From Thecamonas trahens ATCC 50062 (lineage: Eukaryota; Protista; Apusomonadida), in assembly GCF_000142905.1 (NCBI RefSeq), contig NW_013657662.1, positions 62,001-126,000 of the forward strand: a stretch of 64,000 bases of DNA, given 5' to 3'. Below, in pieces: positions 20,746 through 32,238 of the stretch. Each line of letters opens with the position of its first letter. Within the stretch, counting starts at the first letter, position 1. The position numbers and the translations under genes were made by a program. The notes under the pieces are model-generated. The model was not told where the DNA came from. It saw nothing but the letters and a program-made list of their open reading frames with translations, and searched no databases.

Positions 20746-21201
20746 TGGTCTTTCCTCTTGGCCACAGGCGGTTGTGCCCGGTGTAGACGCTGGGAACGAT
20801 CATCTTGGCGTCATGCCCCCCCCCCCCCCCCCCCCACGCACACACAAGCATCTGTACCTAGCCAGCGTCCGGTCTGTGATGCGTCGTGTCGGACACCCAA
20901 GATCAACCTGTTCCCAATGAACACCGCTCCTCCACGATCACCACCTCCCACACAAACCCATATGTGTAGACGGCAACTTCATCCACACCTACCCCCCCCC
21001 CCCCCCCCCCCTACCCTCCGCCCATCTCCTTTCACTACCCCGCGCCGAGCCAGTCGCCCACCAACCAGCATGCCGAACCATCGAACGGGCGACCGAACTC
21101 TGTTATGGCGAGCAAAACCAGGAGCGACCAAAGGGGGCGCCGTCCGGCAGCGACGCCACCGTCTCCCACCACACTCGTAGGGGGGGGAGAGACGAGCAAC
21201 C

Positions 21202-22611
21202 ATGTCGACCATCTTGGACAAGATTGCGGAGATTGAGAATGAGGTATGTGCAAGGGGGTGAAGGGGGGAGGGTGGGGGTGGGGGTGGTAGGGGGAGGGGG
21301 GAGGGAGGGGGGGGGGAGGGAGGGAGGGAGATGGAAGCCGTGTCGTGTTCGTGTCGGACATGAAGGGCATGGGCAAGGGAGGGAGGGACTCATGGTTTTG
21401 TGGGAGGGGGTTGTTTGTGTGTGGGGGGGTATGGTATACAGATGGCGAGGACGCAGAAGAACAAGGCAACGGCCAAGCATCTGGGACTGCTCAAGGCCAA
21501 GCTGGCCAAGCTCAAGTCGGAGCTGTTGCTGCCAAAGTCGTCGTCCAAGGGAGCTGGTGATGGATTTGATGTGACCAAGTCGGGAGATGCACGTGTGGGT
21601 ATGATCGGCTTCCCCTCGGTGGGAAAGTCGACTCTGCTCTCAAAGCTGACAGAGACAGAGTCGGCTGTCGGTGCTTATGAGTTTACCACCCTCACTGCTG
21701 TCCCTGGTACCGTCGTGGTCCATGGCACTCGCATTCAGCTCGTTGATCTGCCGGGTATCATCGAGGGCGCAAAGGATGGCAAGGGCCGTGGGCGCCAGGT
21801 CATCTCCACTGGCCGGACCTGTGACCTTATTCTCATTGTCCTCGACGCCATGAAGCCGCTGACGGTAAGTTCTTCCGGAGAGGGGGGGAGGAGGGAGGGG
21901 GATTGGAAGGGTGGCGAGGGGAGTTGGAGGGTACGACTCACAAAGTTATGGGGGCATGGAGGGGGGTCACAGATCAAGAACATCATCGAGAACGAGCTTT
22001 CGGGCTTTGGCATCCGGCTCAACAAGACGCCGCCGGACATTTCGTTTGTCAAGCGCGAGCGCGGCGGACTCAACTTTACATGCATGAACTCGAACGCGAC
22101 GCTCGACGCGGAGACGGCGCACGCGATCTGCAAGGAGTACAAGATCAACAACGCGTCGATCACGGTGCGTTCTGCGGCCAACGCCGAGGATCTCATCGAC
22201 GTCATTGAGGGCAACCGGGTGTACATTCCGGCGCTGTACGTGCTCAACAAGGTCGACGGGCTGTTCATCGAGGAGCTCGACGTCATCACCGAACACATGC
22301 CCGACGCCGTCCCGGTCTGCGCCGACCACGAGTGGGGCCTGGACGAGCTGTTGGAGCGGGTGTGGGAGAAGCTGAGCGTGACTCGGGTCTATACCAAGCC
22401 CAAGGGCCAGCTTCCGGACTACAACGAGCCGGTGGTGCTCCGCGGCGAGCGCCGGAGCGTGGAGGACTTTTGCCGCCGCATCCACAAGGACTTTGTCAAG
22501 TCGTTCAAGTACGCGTGGGTGTGGGGCAAGTCTGTGCAGCACAACCCGCAGCGGTGCGGCCTGAGCCACGTTCTGGAGGACGAAGACATTGTGCAGATTG
22601 TGCGCAAGTGA
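21202..22611 (+). CDS. DRG1: Developmentally regulated GTP-binding protein DRG1; exons 21202-21243, 21442-21864, 21973-22611
   Basis: [14 protein letters not shown]|[10 protein letters not shown]; [39 protein letters not shown]|[17 protein letters not shown] and a TGS domain. Both introns are canonical (GTATGT...CAG and GTAAGT...CAG). Confidence 0.95.
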
Positions 22612-22649
22612 GTAAAGCTAGCCTCGTTTGCTCAGCGGCGCTCGGCATC

Positions 22650-25600
22650 CTAGCTCGGCTCGAGGAGCTGCGAGATCGAGAGCGCTCGGGCGCGGTACTT
22701 GCGCATGTACTCGTCCGAGGCACGGACCGTCGGGCGGTGCGGCGTCATCGGAGGCGGCGGCGGGACGACTGGCGTGACCAGCGGTGGCTCGGCCGACGAG
22801 AAGCCGAGCGAGGCTCCCGATGGCGCGCGGAGCGAGACGGTGAGATCGTGAGACGAGACCGAGGCCTGGCGTACGAGTGCCGGCTCGTCGTGCGAAGCGC
22901 CATAGAGCGAGAACTTGTTTCCGGTTTGGTTGGGCATGTTGGCGGGAATGGGCGGGTCTGGCGGGACAATGTCGTGCAGCGGCCGGCGGAGTAGGGTGTC
23001 GCGGAGCTGGGCAACAAAGCCATCCCAGAGTGCCACCGTGGCAGCCGAGAACGGGAGCATGACTGTGTAGCCGCGAACGCCGTACTTGTCGACAGTTCCG
23101 ATCTGAAGCCGGACCCGCTCGCGGATGTCGAGCTTGCGTTCGGCGTCGAGGATAATCGACGCCCACTGGAGCGCCCACTGGCGCTGCGCGTTGTCGGCAA
23201 TGTCCTGGTATGTGTTGTTCATCATGGCGATTAGCATGTTGAGCATGAGTACAATGACCACAACGTCAAAGACAATAAAGACGAGGACAGCCATGACATA
23301 GCCGCCGTCGCGAACGGTCGGCCCGAGGTCCTTATAGTCAAAGTCGTTGACGCCGGTGCCGGCGGCAAAAACCTCAATGAGCGCAGTGAGCCACCAATCG
23401 TAGCCCTCGACGTCGCGAAACTTGACACACACGTGGAGCGCCTGCGCAAAGGCGACGGCAAAGATGACAAAGATGGCCGAGAACCGCACAAGGTCGCGGA
23501 CGAGCACGTTCCAGATGGTGATGACCAGTGGCCCGAGACTCTGCAAGCCGCGGGCGTAGTAGAGCAGCGAGCACCAGCCCGCTATGATGGCGGCGGCGAG
23601 GATGCAGCGCTCAACAACTTCGGCGCCGGAGAGTCGGGCCACAAACGCTGATGGGATGAGGAGGAGGAAGAGCGAGTGGAGGACCTGCGTCGAGGTCAGT
23701 GAGGAGATGAGAACGTCGCGCAGCGGCTGCGTCGACGACAGTCCTTCTCGTACCTCGAGGGCGATGAAGCAGATACAAATGAGGAGGTTGATAAACTCGA
23801 GAGCTATGCGGAAGCGGGCAGCTGACGACGAGGCCTCAAAGTAGCCTCCACTCAGCTTGCCCGGGAAGAGGCCGACCTGGATGGTGAAGAGAATGAGAAA
23901 CATGAGATCGGCGCAGAGCGACTTGAAGAAGCGGATGCGCCCGAACCGATACCACTTGAGCTGTAGGATCTGCATGGTGACCGGATGAAAGACCATATCG
24001 TCGCGGCCAAAGTGGATGAGAAGTGGAAGGACCTTGCGGTCGCGTGGCTGGCGCTGGCGAAGGAGCTCGAGCGAGGCCGGCGACGGCTTGTACGTGGTCT
24101 TGGTCACTCGGCCGCGACCGCGGCGGCCGTCGAGGCCCTGGGTCAGATTGGCGGTCCGCGACTTGACAAACGACCGGACCTTGGCCCACGGCGATGGCTT
24201 CTTCTTGCCCGGCTTGGCCTGTGTCTTGCTAGCGCTGGCAGCAGGCGAAGCGCGTGGTGGCGATGGCGTACCGCCCGGCGGCGCCAGCGTGGCGGCCGAC
24301 GGTGGCTTGGCTTGTGAAATGGATGAGCGGCGAAGCGAGCCACCAAGCGCCGTCGACGGCGGGATGGAAGACGCGGCCGAGACCTCGCTCGGGCGCAGCG
24401 GAGAGTCGGCTGTCGAGGATGCACCCGAAATGGCGCTACCGATAGAGGCATTGCCGGAGCGGTCGGAGAGGAGCGCGCGATGGTGGAGCGGGTCGGGAAC
24501 CTCGGGCAGGCGCAGAAGCGGTGGGTATGCATGTCCACCGCCGTCGGCGCGAGGGGATGGGAGCTCAGACGGCGACGAAACAGCCCCACGCGAGCGGTTA
24601 GACGACCGGGCCGAAGGCTCGGCCGAGGTGTGAACAGCTGAGGGGGAGAGCGAGAGCGAGAGCGAGAGCGAGTGGGAGGGTTGGATGGCTGCGAACGGCG
24701 CGGCTCGTCCGAGATCGAACCGCCATTGATGGCCGGCAGAGTAGCCGACGAGGCTGATGAGCGCGATGATGACGGGGTGCGCGAGTTCGAGATGAACAGG
24801 TGTGGGTCGGTGACGTCCGAGTCGGTTTCCAGTGTATCATACTCAGAGTCGGACTCTTGCTGCTCGTCGGTGGTGACGGTAAACTTGACTGATGGTGGAA
24901 ATACATGATCAGCGGCGCCGGACGGCGAGACTGGATCCGGAAAACGAAGCGAGCGCTTGGGCTGAAGCTTGAGGCCGGCAGTCGCGGCCTTGGTGGCGGG
25001 CCCAACAGTGTCGACGAACGACGCGCCTGTCAAGGTGGCGTCGAGCGGGTTCGTGCCTCTGCGCGACTTGGAATATTGGTGGCGGCGGTGGCGGTGGTGC
25101 CGGTGATTGTGGCTCTTGCCACCACCCGAGCTTCGGCCGTGCTTGGAGTGCACGGAATCGTGGAGTGGCGACGCCGCCGGATCGCTAGCGGCGCCGCTCA
25201 AGTTGGGCAGCATGTGATGGCGGCGAGGGCGGCGGACGAGGTGGATGTGGTCGTGAGCGAGAGCGGGAGCGGGTCCTCCCACTCGATGAGCGGGTAGGTG
25301 ACGTTGGAGATGCCTGCCCAGCGCCAGTTGATCTGGGTGGTAGACGAGAGGATCTCGTCAAACATAACTGGGCGGTGGTACTTGATGGAGAGCGTGAGCG
25401 GCGAGTAGAGATCACGGTTGAGATACGTGGGGTCGGCGTGGTACGAGAGGAGCAGATGGTAGATGCGCGGCTGGTTGTGGATGACCGCAAAGTGGAGCGG
25501 GGTGTTCTCGTGGGTGTCCGAGGCGTTGGGGTCGGCGCCGGCCTGCAGCAGGTACTCAACCACGTCGTAGAAGCCGCGGGAGACGGCAAAGTTGAGTACG

Positions 25601-26463
25601 GTCTCGCCAAAGTATACGCGGCCGCGGCGGGCAAAGAACGAGCCTGTGGCGCGTGCACTGGCAAAGTCAGCATTGTACTGCTCCACAAGGATACGAACGA
25701 GTTCGAGGTCGCCGTGAACAGCAGCGAGGTGCAGCAGCGTCTCGCCCTTGTACAAATCGCCCGAGTATGGCTCGGCCACCAGCTCGGGGTAGGCTGCGAT
25801 GAGGTTGAGGACAAAGGTGCGATGGTCCGGCGAGCAGCGCGGGTACATGTGGAGGACAGTCCAGCAGAGGATGGTCTCGCCCACAGCGCCGCGTAACCCG
25901 AGCACGGCCACGGTCCGCTCCGACGAGAGGAGGCGCTGGACCCGATGTGCGTTGCCGAGCTTGAGGGCGCGCCATAGCTCGTCTTCTTCGCCCCTGTGTG
26001 GTCCGACCCAGTTGAGCGATCGGAGGTGTACCAAGAGACAGTCCATCGGTCCAAAGCCGGCCGTCCGTCCGATGATAGCCATCGCCATCGCCATCGCCAT
26101 CGCCATCGCCGTCGCCATCGCCATCGCCATCGCCATCGCCATCGCCATCGCCATCGAAACGGCCATCCGTCCATCAAACACCAGCCAGCCATCCCGTCGT
26201 CTCTCCACCGTGAGTCCCTTGCCTTGTCCCAGCCAGCGGAGCACACCCCGTCCCGCCCACTCCCTCGTCCTCGTCGCACTCGCCCACGCCCCCACGCCCA
26301 CCCACGCCCACCCACCCGCCAGCACAGGTCCCTCTCTCTCTCTCTCTCTCTTCCCCCCCCCCCCCCCCCGCCCAAAGAGTTACACATACATGAGGTTCTG
26401 TAGGTCTGTAGCATGATGGGAGGCACGGTGGAGATGCACCTGCGACCGTAGCATGCCCGCCAT
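22650..26463 (-). CDS. TRPV-like ankyrin-repeat cation channel; probable intron 25994-26389; frameshifts at ~25200-25280 and 24642-24646
   Basis: TRPV ankyrin motifs RGAVGETIL, YKGETLLHLA, ATGSFF...YFGETVLNFA and ENTPLHFAV; WRWAG...YPL; LKWYRFG. Six TM segments, including GPLVITIWNVLVRDLVRF and LMLNMLIAMMNNTY, and a TRP box (QWALQWASIILDAER). The start codon and 5' exon are inferred. Confidence 0.85.
26078..26155. repeat. (GCCATC)n hexamer repeat, ~13 copies, in the predicted TRPV intron
   Basis: Tandem gccatc seen directly. Confidence 0.9.
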
Positions 26464-26540
26464 GGCAGGCAGTGCGGTGTGGAGAGCCTGCAGACCAGGT
26501 CTCTCCCTCGGGTGGCTCCGGGGCAACAGGCAGCCCATCA

Positions 26541-26608
26541 CCCGCCAGCCACCCGCCAGCCACCCGCCAGCCACCCTCGCCAGCCACCCGCCAGCCACCC
26601 GCCAGCCA
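26541..26608. repeat. 11-bp tandem repeat (CCCGCCAGCCA) x~6 in the TRPV/ZFAND2 divergent region
   Basis: Seen directly. Confidence 0.85.
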
Positions 26609-26877
26609 TGCCTCTCAAGACTAGGCTGACTACCGGGGTGGGTTCTTGGCATGGCTTGATCTCTCGGCAAAGGGGGGAGGAGGGGGGGGGGGGGGTAGCA
26701 GATTGGAGCAGACTATGATCGATGTCCATCAGGCTGATCATGTGGTTGCGGTGTGTGCTGGTCGAGACCCGGCTATGGCAATGGCGGCGACATTGGCGGA
26801 GAGGGTGGTGGCTCGGGTTGGCGGTACGGTGGGGTACGGTTTGAGGCAGACTTGACGCAGGAGGACAGGCGGGGCGG

Positions 26878-27348
26878 ATGGAGTTCCCGGACTTGGGCAT
26901 CCAGTGTGCGTTGAAGACATGCAAGCAACTGGACTTTCTCCCCTTTGTCTGCCCTGGGTGTGACGAGGCCTTCTGTGTCAAGCATGCTCATCCGCGACAG
27001 CACGAGTGTCCGCAGACCAATGACGTTCCGAACCGAGTTGCCGCCATGTGTCCCATCTGCTCAGCTGTCTTTCCTTTAGATCGTGCCGGTGATGCTGATG
27101 AGGTCATTGATGGCCACATTGATCGTGGCTGTCCACCTGATGAGGGCTTTCGCCCAAAGGTCATCGCCTGTGCCAAGGACGGATGCAAGAAGAAGTCGTC
27201 CGATCCCGTCGTCTGTCCGCTCTGTCATCGCGGCTTCTGCGTCAAGCACAGACTGGAGTTTGATCACGAGTGCGAGCGGAACCAGGCCATTCTCGCATCT
27301 ATCCGTGCGTCGGTGAGCAAGCGCAAGCGCAGGTGTGTTGTTTCGTGA
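26878..27348 (+). CDS. ZFAND2: AN1-type zinc finger protein ZFAND2/AIRAP-like with a C-terminal CaaX motif
   Basis: MEFPDLG...CKQLDFLPFVC...FCVKH...HEC, CPIC...HIDRGC, a second AN1 finger (FCVKHRLEFDHEC), and the ending KRKRRCVVS. Confidence 0.85.
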   Translation: MEFPDLGIQCALKTCKQLDFLPFVCPGCDEAFCVKHAHPRQHECPQTNDVPNRVAAMCPICSAVFPLDRAGDADEVIDGHIDRGCPPDEGFRPKVIACAKDGCKKKSSDPVVCPLCHRGFCVKHRLEFDHECERNQAILASIRASVSKRKRRCVVS

Positions 27349-27369
27349 CAAGCGCAGAGCCATCGCTGG

Positions 27370-29039
27370 TTACTCGTCGCGGTGCGCTCGGAGATCGCAG
27401 TCGGAGCCGCAGCCGCAGATGAAGGCCAGAAATGTGGTCCCGTGCACGACGTCATGGCCGGCGTGGCATCCGTCCGCGCACGAGTTGCACACCTTGCGTT
27501 TGCAGCTCTTGCACTCGGACCACAGCTGGAAGAACCGCGTCTTGCCCTTGGAGCCGGCCGTGCAAAGGCCGTGCGAGAGCCGGGTCTCGGGTGCCAGCGA
27601 TGCCGTTGACGAGCCGCCGGCCGAGAGCGTCCGTCCACGGACGCGGTCCTCTACCCGCGAGACCACGCCCGAGGTGCGAACAACAAGGTCTCGCGACGCC
27701 AACGACCGCACCCCGGAACGGTCGATGCCCACAACACGGACCCGGAACTCGCAGCCCGACGCCAGGCGCCGCAGCGTGTGATGCGTCTCGCTCACCACGT
27801 CCTCGCCCTCGATGTCAGTGTTGGCAAGCGACCACTGCAGTGCGTACTGGCTCGCACCAGCAAGCGGAGCCCAGGTAAACGAGAGCGACGTTTTGGCCGT
27901 ATCCACCAGCGTCAGTCCCTCCACTGAGCCGGTCATGCTCTCTGCCACCGCCACAGAGGCCGGCGGCGGAGCCGTCGAGCTCTTGGGAGAAACTGGCGGC
28001 GACGCAAGACGCCGCGCCTGAAGATACTGCTGCTTGGAGACCGAGACCGGCCGCACCGGCCCATCACCTCCGCCTGCCGCCCGCTCTGCCGCCTGTGGGC
28101 CGTCGACCATGTCGCTACGGAGCGCAAGCTCCATCGCCGACCGCTTGGCCACCTTTTCCGCCAGCGGCATCGCCTTGGTGGCAAACTCCAGCTCGGTAGA
28201 GCTCGGCCCGCGCTCGCCCATCTCATTGACGGCGCAAACGCAGACAGAGTACTGGGTCTCCGGTCGCAAGCCTGAGACCGTCAACGAGCACCCGGAGGTC
28301 AGCCGTGTCTCCTCTGGCGGCCACGACTCGGCCTCGGGCGCAATGCTGCCGCCGATGCCGGCCAGCGATGCAATCGACGCCAGATCCGGCCTACCCAGCG
28401 GGACCAGCTGGAGCTCAAACCCAGCCTCGTCGCCACACCCAGGCTGCCACCGGATGAGAGCCGAGTCGTGGCTCACATCGGCCACGCCATGTTTGCCATC
28501 AACCGGCCACAGCGGCGGCTCCAGCTCTGAGACGTCAACATTAGTACACGCTAGGGCCCTTGGCAGCTCTGCCGAGCCAGCAGCGACAGCTGTAGTGGTA
28601 AACTCGATGGAGCGAGTCGGAGTCGACGAGACAGGCCAGGTCTCCCCACTGGCAGCCAAGATGAACACCCGGTATCGCGTTCCCGGCGAGAGCGTGGTCA
28701 GCTCGACCTTGTTCTCCGTCGTCCTCTGCACCAACGAGATTTCCGTCCCCACCACTGTGTATTCCACCTTGTACCTGCGTGGGTGGTGTGGTGTGGGAGG
28801 GGGGGGGGGTGGGGGTTAGTGGGTGGGTGGGAGGGGAGGGGGAGGGGAGGAGGAGCGGGTGTTCTGCGGGGAGCATGACCCGGCACGGCGTGGGGAGGCA
28901 GGAGGGAGGGGGGGGGGGGGGGGAGGGAGCCATGTGGGGAAGAGACGAAGACATACTGGCTTGCAGATGGATGCAGTTGCCAGCATATGGTGGCTTGGGT
29001 TGAGCTGATGCGCGCGACATGCGCTCCTTCTACCTCCAT
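27370..29039 (-). CDS. Protein with three fibronectin type III domains and a C-terminal UBR-box-like zinc finger; intron 28775-28956
   Basis: FN3 motifs ATICW...LSPGTRYRVFILA, ALIRW...GLRPETQYSVCVCAVNEMGERGPSS and LSFTW...LASGCEFRVRVVG. C-terminus CT...FFQLWSECKSC...VCNSCADGCHAGHD...FICGCG. The GTATGT...GCAG intron restores the frame. Confidence 0.7.
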
Positions 29040-29406
29040 GGGTAGAGTGGGGGGAGGTGGGGGGAGTGGCGTCGGGGTGGGACGGGGCGAAGGAGAGGTG
29101 CGTTTGTGGTTGGGCAGCCGGGGAGTGTGGGAGGCGTGGGCGTGCAGTGGCGAGCGAGTGGGGTTGGCAGGAGTGGCGGGGTGGTGGCCAAGTGTGGCAT
29201 TGGGGCGGTGGGTGCCTTGATGTGTGTGTGTGTGGGGAGGGGGGGGGAAGGGGGAGGCTGTCACGCGGGGGATTGTGCTGGGCGCGGGTGTATTGCCGGG
29301 GAGGGAGAACGGGGTATGCAAGGCAGCACGACGGTGCACGCACAATCAAAAGGCGGCGGAGCATACGGGCGGAGCCCACGTCCAAGGCCTGCTTGGGGCC
29401 TTGCGC

Positions 29407-29891
29407 TTACTTCGCGCGCTTGCGCATCTTCCGGCGCTTGCGCTTGAGACGGCGCTGGCGCTTCTTCTTCCACTGTTGTCGAGAAAGAGACGAGCACAAG
29501 AGGGTGAGTGGATGGTCAGGAAGGGGGGGGGGAGAGGGGGAGGAGAAGGGGGGGTACTTGCGTCCGCCGCACAACTGCGCTCATAGCCGGGTCCAAGACC
29601 AAGACTCGGTCGGGGGGACGAGCCAAGCAAAGGCCCATGCCAATGTAGTTGGAATGTGCCCAGGCATAGAGATGGAGTGCAGGAGGGCCCGCAGAGGTGA
29701 GAAGGAAAGGAGCGGCTGTTGGTATGACGACGAGGATGAGACCAGGACAAAGTCATACAAACCAAATGACTAAAAAATAGGAATGCGGCAACGGGGGGAA
29801 TGCCCTACGACAGAGGCGACGCCTAAGAGCAGCAGGGGGTAGTAAAGAGCAACAAAGCCGGCTAGTGTAGAGAGCATACCTTGCCACGCAT
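29407..29891 (-). CDS. RPL41: Ribosomal protein eL41 (25 aa); exons 29880-29891 and 29407-29472
   Basis: The spliced product MRGK|WKKKRQRRLKRKRRKMRKRAK* matches eL41 in length and sequence. The intron is GTATGC...CAACAG, 407 nt. Confidence 0.95.
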
Positions 29892-30410
29892 GGTGTCTGT
29901 GTCGGTAGAAGGAGGAGGTGAGTTGGTGTGTGTGTATGAGCGAGGGAAATACCTCGATAAACGCTCTGTGATTGTTCCCACTTTGATGACCGTCAAACGC
30001 TCACCACCACCACCCTAGCCAAAGCCATGCCACACCAAGCCCAGTGCAAGCACCAAGGACAAAGAGAGCAAGAGCATAGAGGTGTAAAGGCGGGGGGGAA
30101 GGTAGGCACATTGTCAGGGGGGGGTCGACATCTTTGACGTACTTCGGAGATGAGTATACTAACTTGTATTTGTCACGCTTACCTCTCGCCTTTGATCGTT
30201 CTGCTGTCGACCGAGTGACAAACCCGTTTCGACTCGGTTGGAGATAGTTTGCGCTGCGGCCCGCCCCCCCCCTCTGCTGTTGGTCGAGCTTACACGCCGA
30301 TGGCAATTGGCACGCGAGACGGTGGCGATGAGTGCAGGTGCAGGCGAGAAGGCTTTATCATTACACCAGGCAAGGGCAGCAAAGCCGAGGCAAGGTGCGG
30401 GTGGGAGGTA

Positions 30411-32238
30411 TCACCCACCGCCCATGTGAACAAGCTGGTCATGGTCGATGAGGCCAAGGCCAATGGACTGCAGACCCTTTGCGGCGTTGCGGTGGATGAC
30501 ACCCTCGCGGATGGTGGCGACCTGCTCGAGGGTCTTGCGAAAGTCGGGGTGGTCGTCGAGGAGGGCGAGGACCATGTCCTTAGAGGCGACGTGGATGCGG
30601 GCTTCTGTCTTGGCGACAACGTTTGCGGTCCGCGGAATGCCTTTGAGCACGGCGATCTCGCCAAAGAAGCAGCCGGTGGTAAAAGTGTTGAGGACGCGGT
30701 CAAACTGCTCGTCGACAACGCAGACATCGCCCTCATGAACAAAGAACAGCTCGTCAGAATCCTCGTCCTTGCGGCAGAGAACGGTTCCTGCGTCGACGGT
30801 CTGCTCCTCAAACTCGGGATGCAGGTTGGAGAGGAGACGCAGCATCTCGTTCGAAGCGTTGCGCTGGACGACGACCGACCACTGCTGGTAGTTTTCGTCG
30901 ATGGCGTCGACGTAGGCACCGAGCGGCGGGAGGAGGACCGAGGCCGAGACCCAGAGCGGGCGGAGGAGAAAGGCGATGAAGCCGATCTGCGACTTTTCAA
31001 GGACAACCTGGTCGCGGTCCATAAACGGCAGGAATGGAAGGCCCATGGCCTTCTCGCGGTCGACCTGGTTTCCAAACTCCTCAACCAGCCTGTCGGCCCA
31101 GATGCGCGAGACCGAGAAAGGGCGGACCTCATTGGAGATGTCGCAACACATGAGGACAATCTGGGCCAGAAGGGCCCGGTGGCCGGCGTCACCAAAGTCA
31201 AAGGTCGGTGCGTCGGTGTCGACCGACTGCGCGGCCGAGACGTCGGTCAGCGACGCCCCGGCCGCCCGCAGCGGCGCGATGAGCTTGTCGAACCGCCCGA
31301 GGATGTCAAAGTGGCGACCCATGTCGGTGGAAAGCACGCAGCCGATGACCAGCTTGCGGAACTTCTTGTACTCGTCCTCGGAGTAGCCGCTGAGCAGGTT
31401 CGACGGCGGGCGGTGCAGGATGCGAAAGGCTTGCGAGCAGTGGTGGTTCTCCAGACATGACTGGTCATTGTAGATGACCGCAAGCTCGGACTTGGAGTTG
31501 ATGTGGAAAGAGTTGTTGACTCCGTCGTGGTCCAGGTCGTGACACACTGCAGAGACCATGAGCGCCAGCCGCTCCCATTCGTCAAGGAACTCGGGCAACT
31601 CGTTGCACGCCATCAGCACCGTAAACACCATCTGCGTCACGCAGAACGAGTGGTACAGATTGTGGAACGGATTGTCGTTGTAGTTGGCCTTGACTGCGTT
31701 GAGAAACGCAAGCAGGACGTCTTCCTCCAACGAGAACGCGTACACCAGGCCTGTGTCTTCAAACATGGCCTCGAACAAGTACACCAGCTCCTGCAACAAC
31801 AGTGTATGATATGAGTCTGGGCGCAGTGGGGAGGGCAGGTCGAGCCCCCCCCCCCCCTTGATCGATATCTCCCTCTGATCTGATCTGTCTCTCCATCTCC
31901 TCGACATTCTCCACTTCCTCCATCTACTCCTCCATATTCGCCACCACCACCCCCCCCCCCCTTCCCCTCCCCATCTACTCCTCCATATTCGCCATCTCCT
32001 CCTCGACAACCTCCGTTGCCTCCCCAGGACCTACCTCCTTCGAATACCGCCACATGTCAAACTCAACCGAGCGAAGGGCATCACGGACTTCTGTGGTGAT
32101 GAACGAGCGAGCCGATCCAGCATGTTTCGGGCAGTAGCGAGCAAGGCCATGCGCTGGAGTCTTGCACTTTGCCTTGCTGCAACCGCTCCGTGCCTTGCTC
32201 GACTGACGGACTCGCTGGCCGCTCGCGGAGTCGGCCAT
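30411..32238 (-). CDS. Class I cyclic nucleotide phosphodiesterase (PDE9-like) with a C-terminal cNMP-binding domain; intron 31791-32034
   Basis: DALRSVEFDMWRYSKE|ELVYLFEAMF, NPFHNLYHSFCVTQM, CHDLDHDGVNN, LENHHC, STDM, CCDISNEVRP and PFMDRD...SQIGFI are PDE9-like. These are followed by the CNBD motifs LFFVHEGDV...GCFFGEIAVLKGIPRTANVVA. Confidence 0.88.

Noticed and set aside
26078-26325. MAMAMAMA / WRWRWR repeat peptides at the start of the ankyrin ORF
   Set aside because: These are translations of a hexamer microsatellite inside a predicted GT-AG intron (25994-26389).
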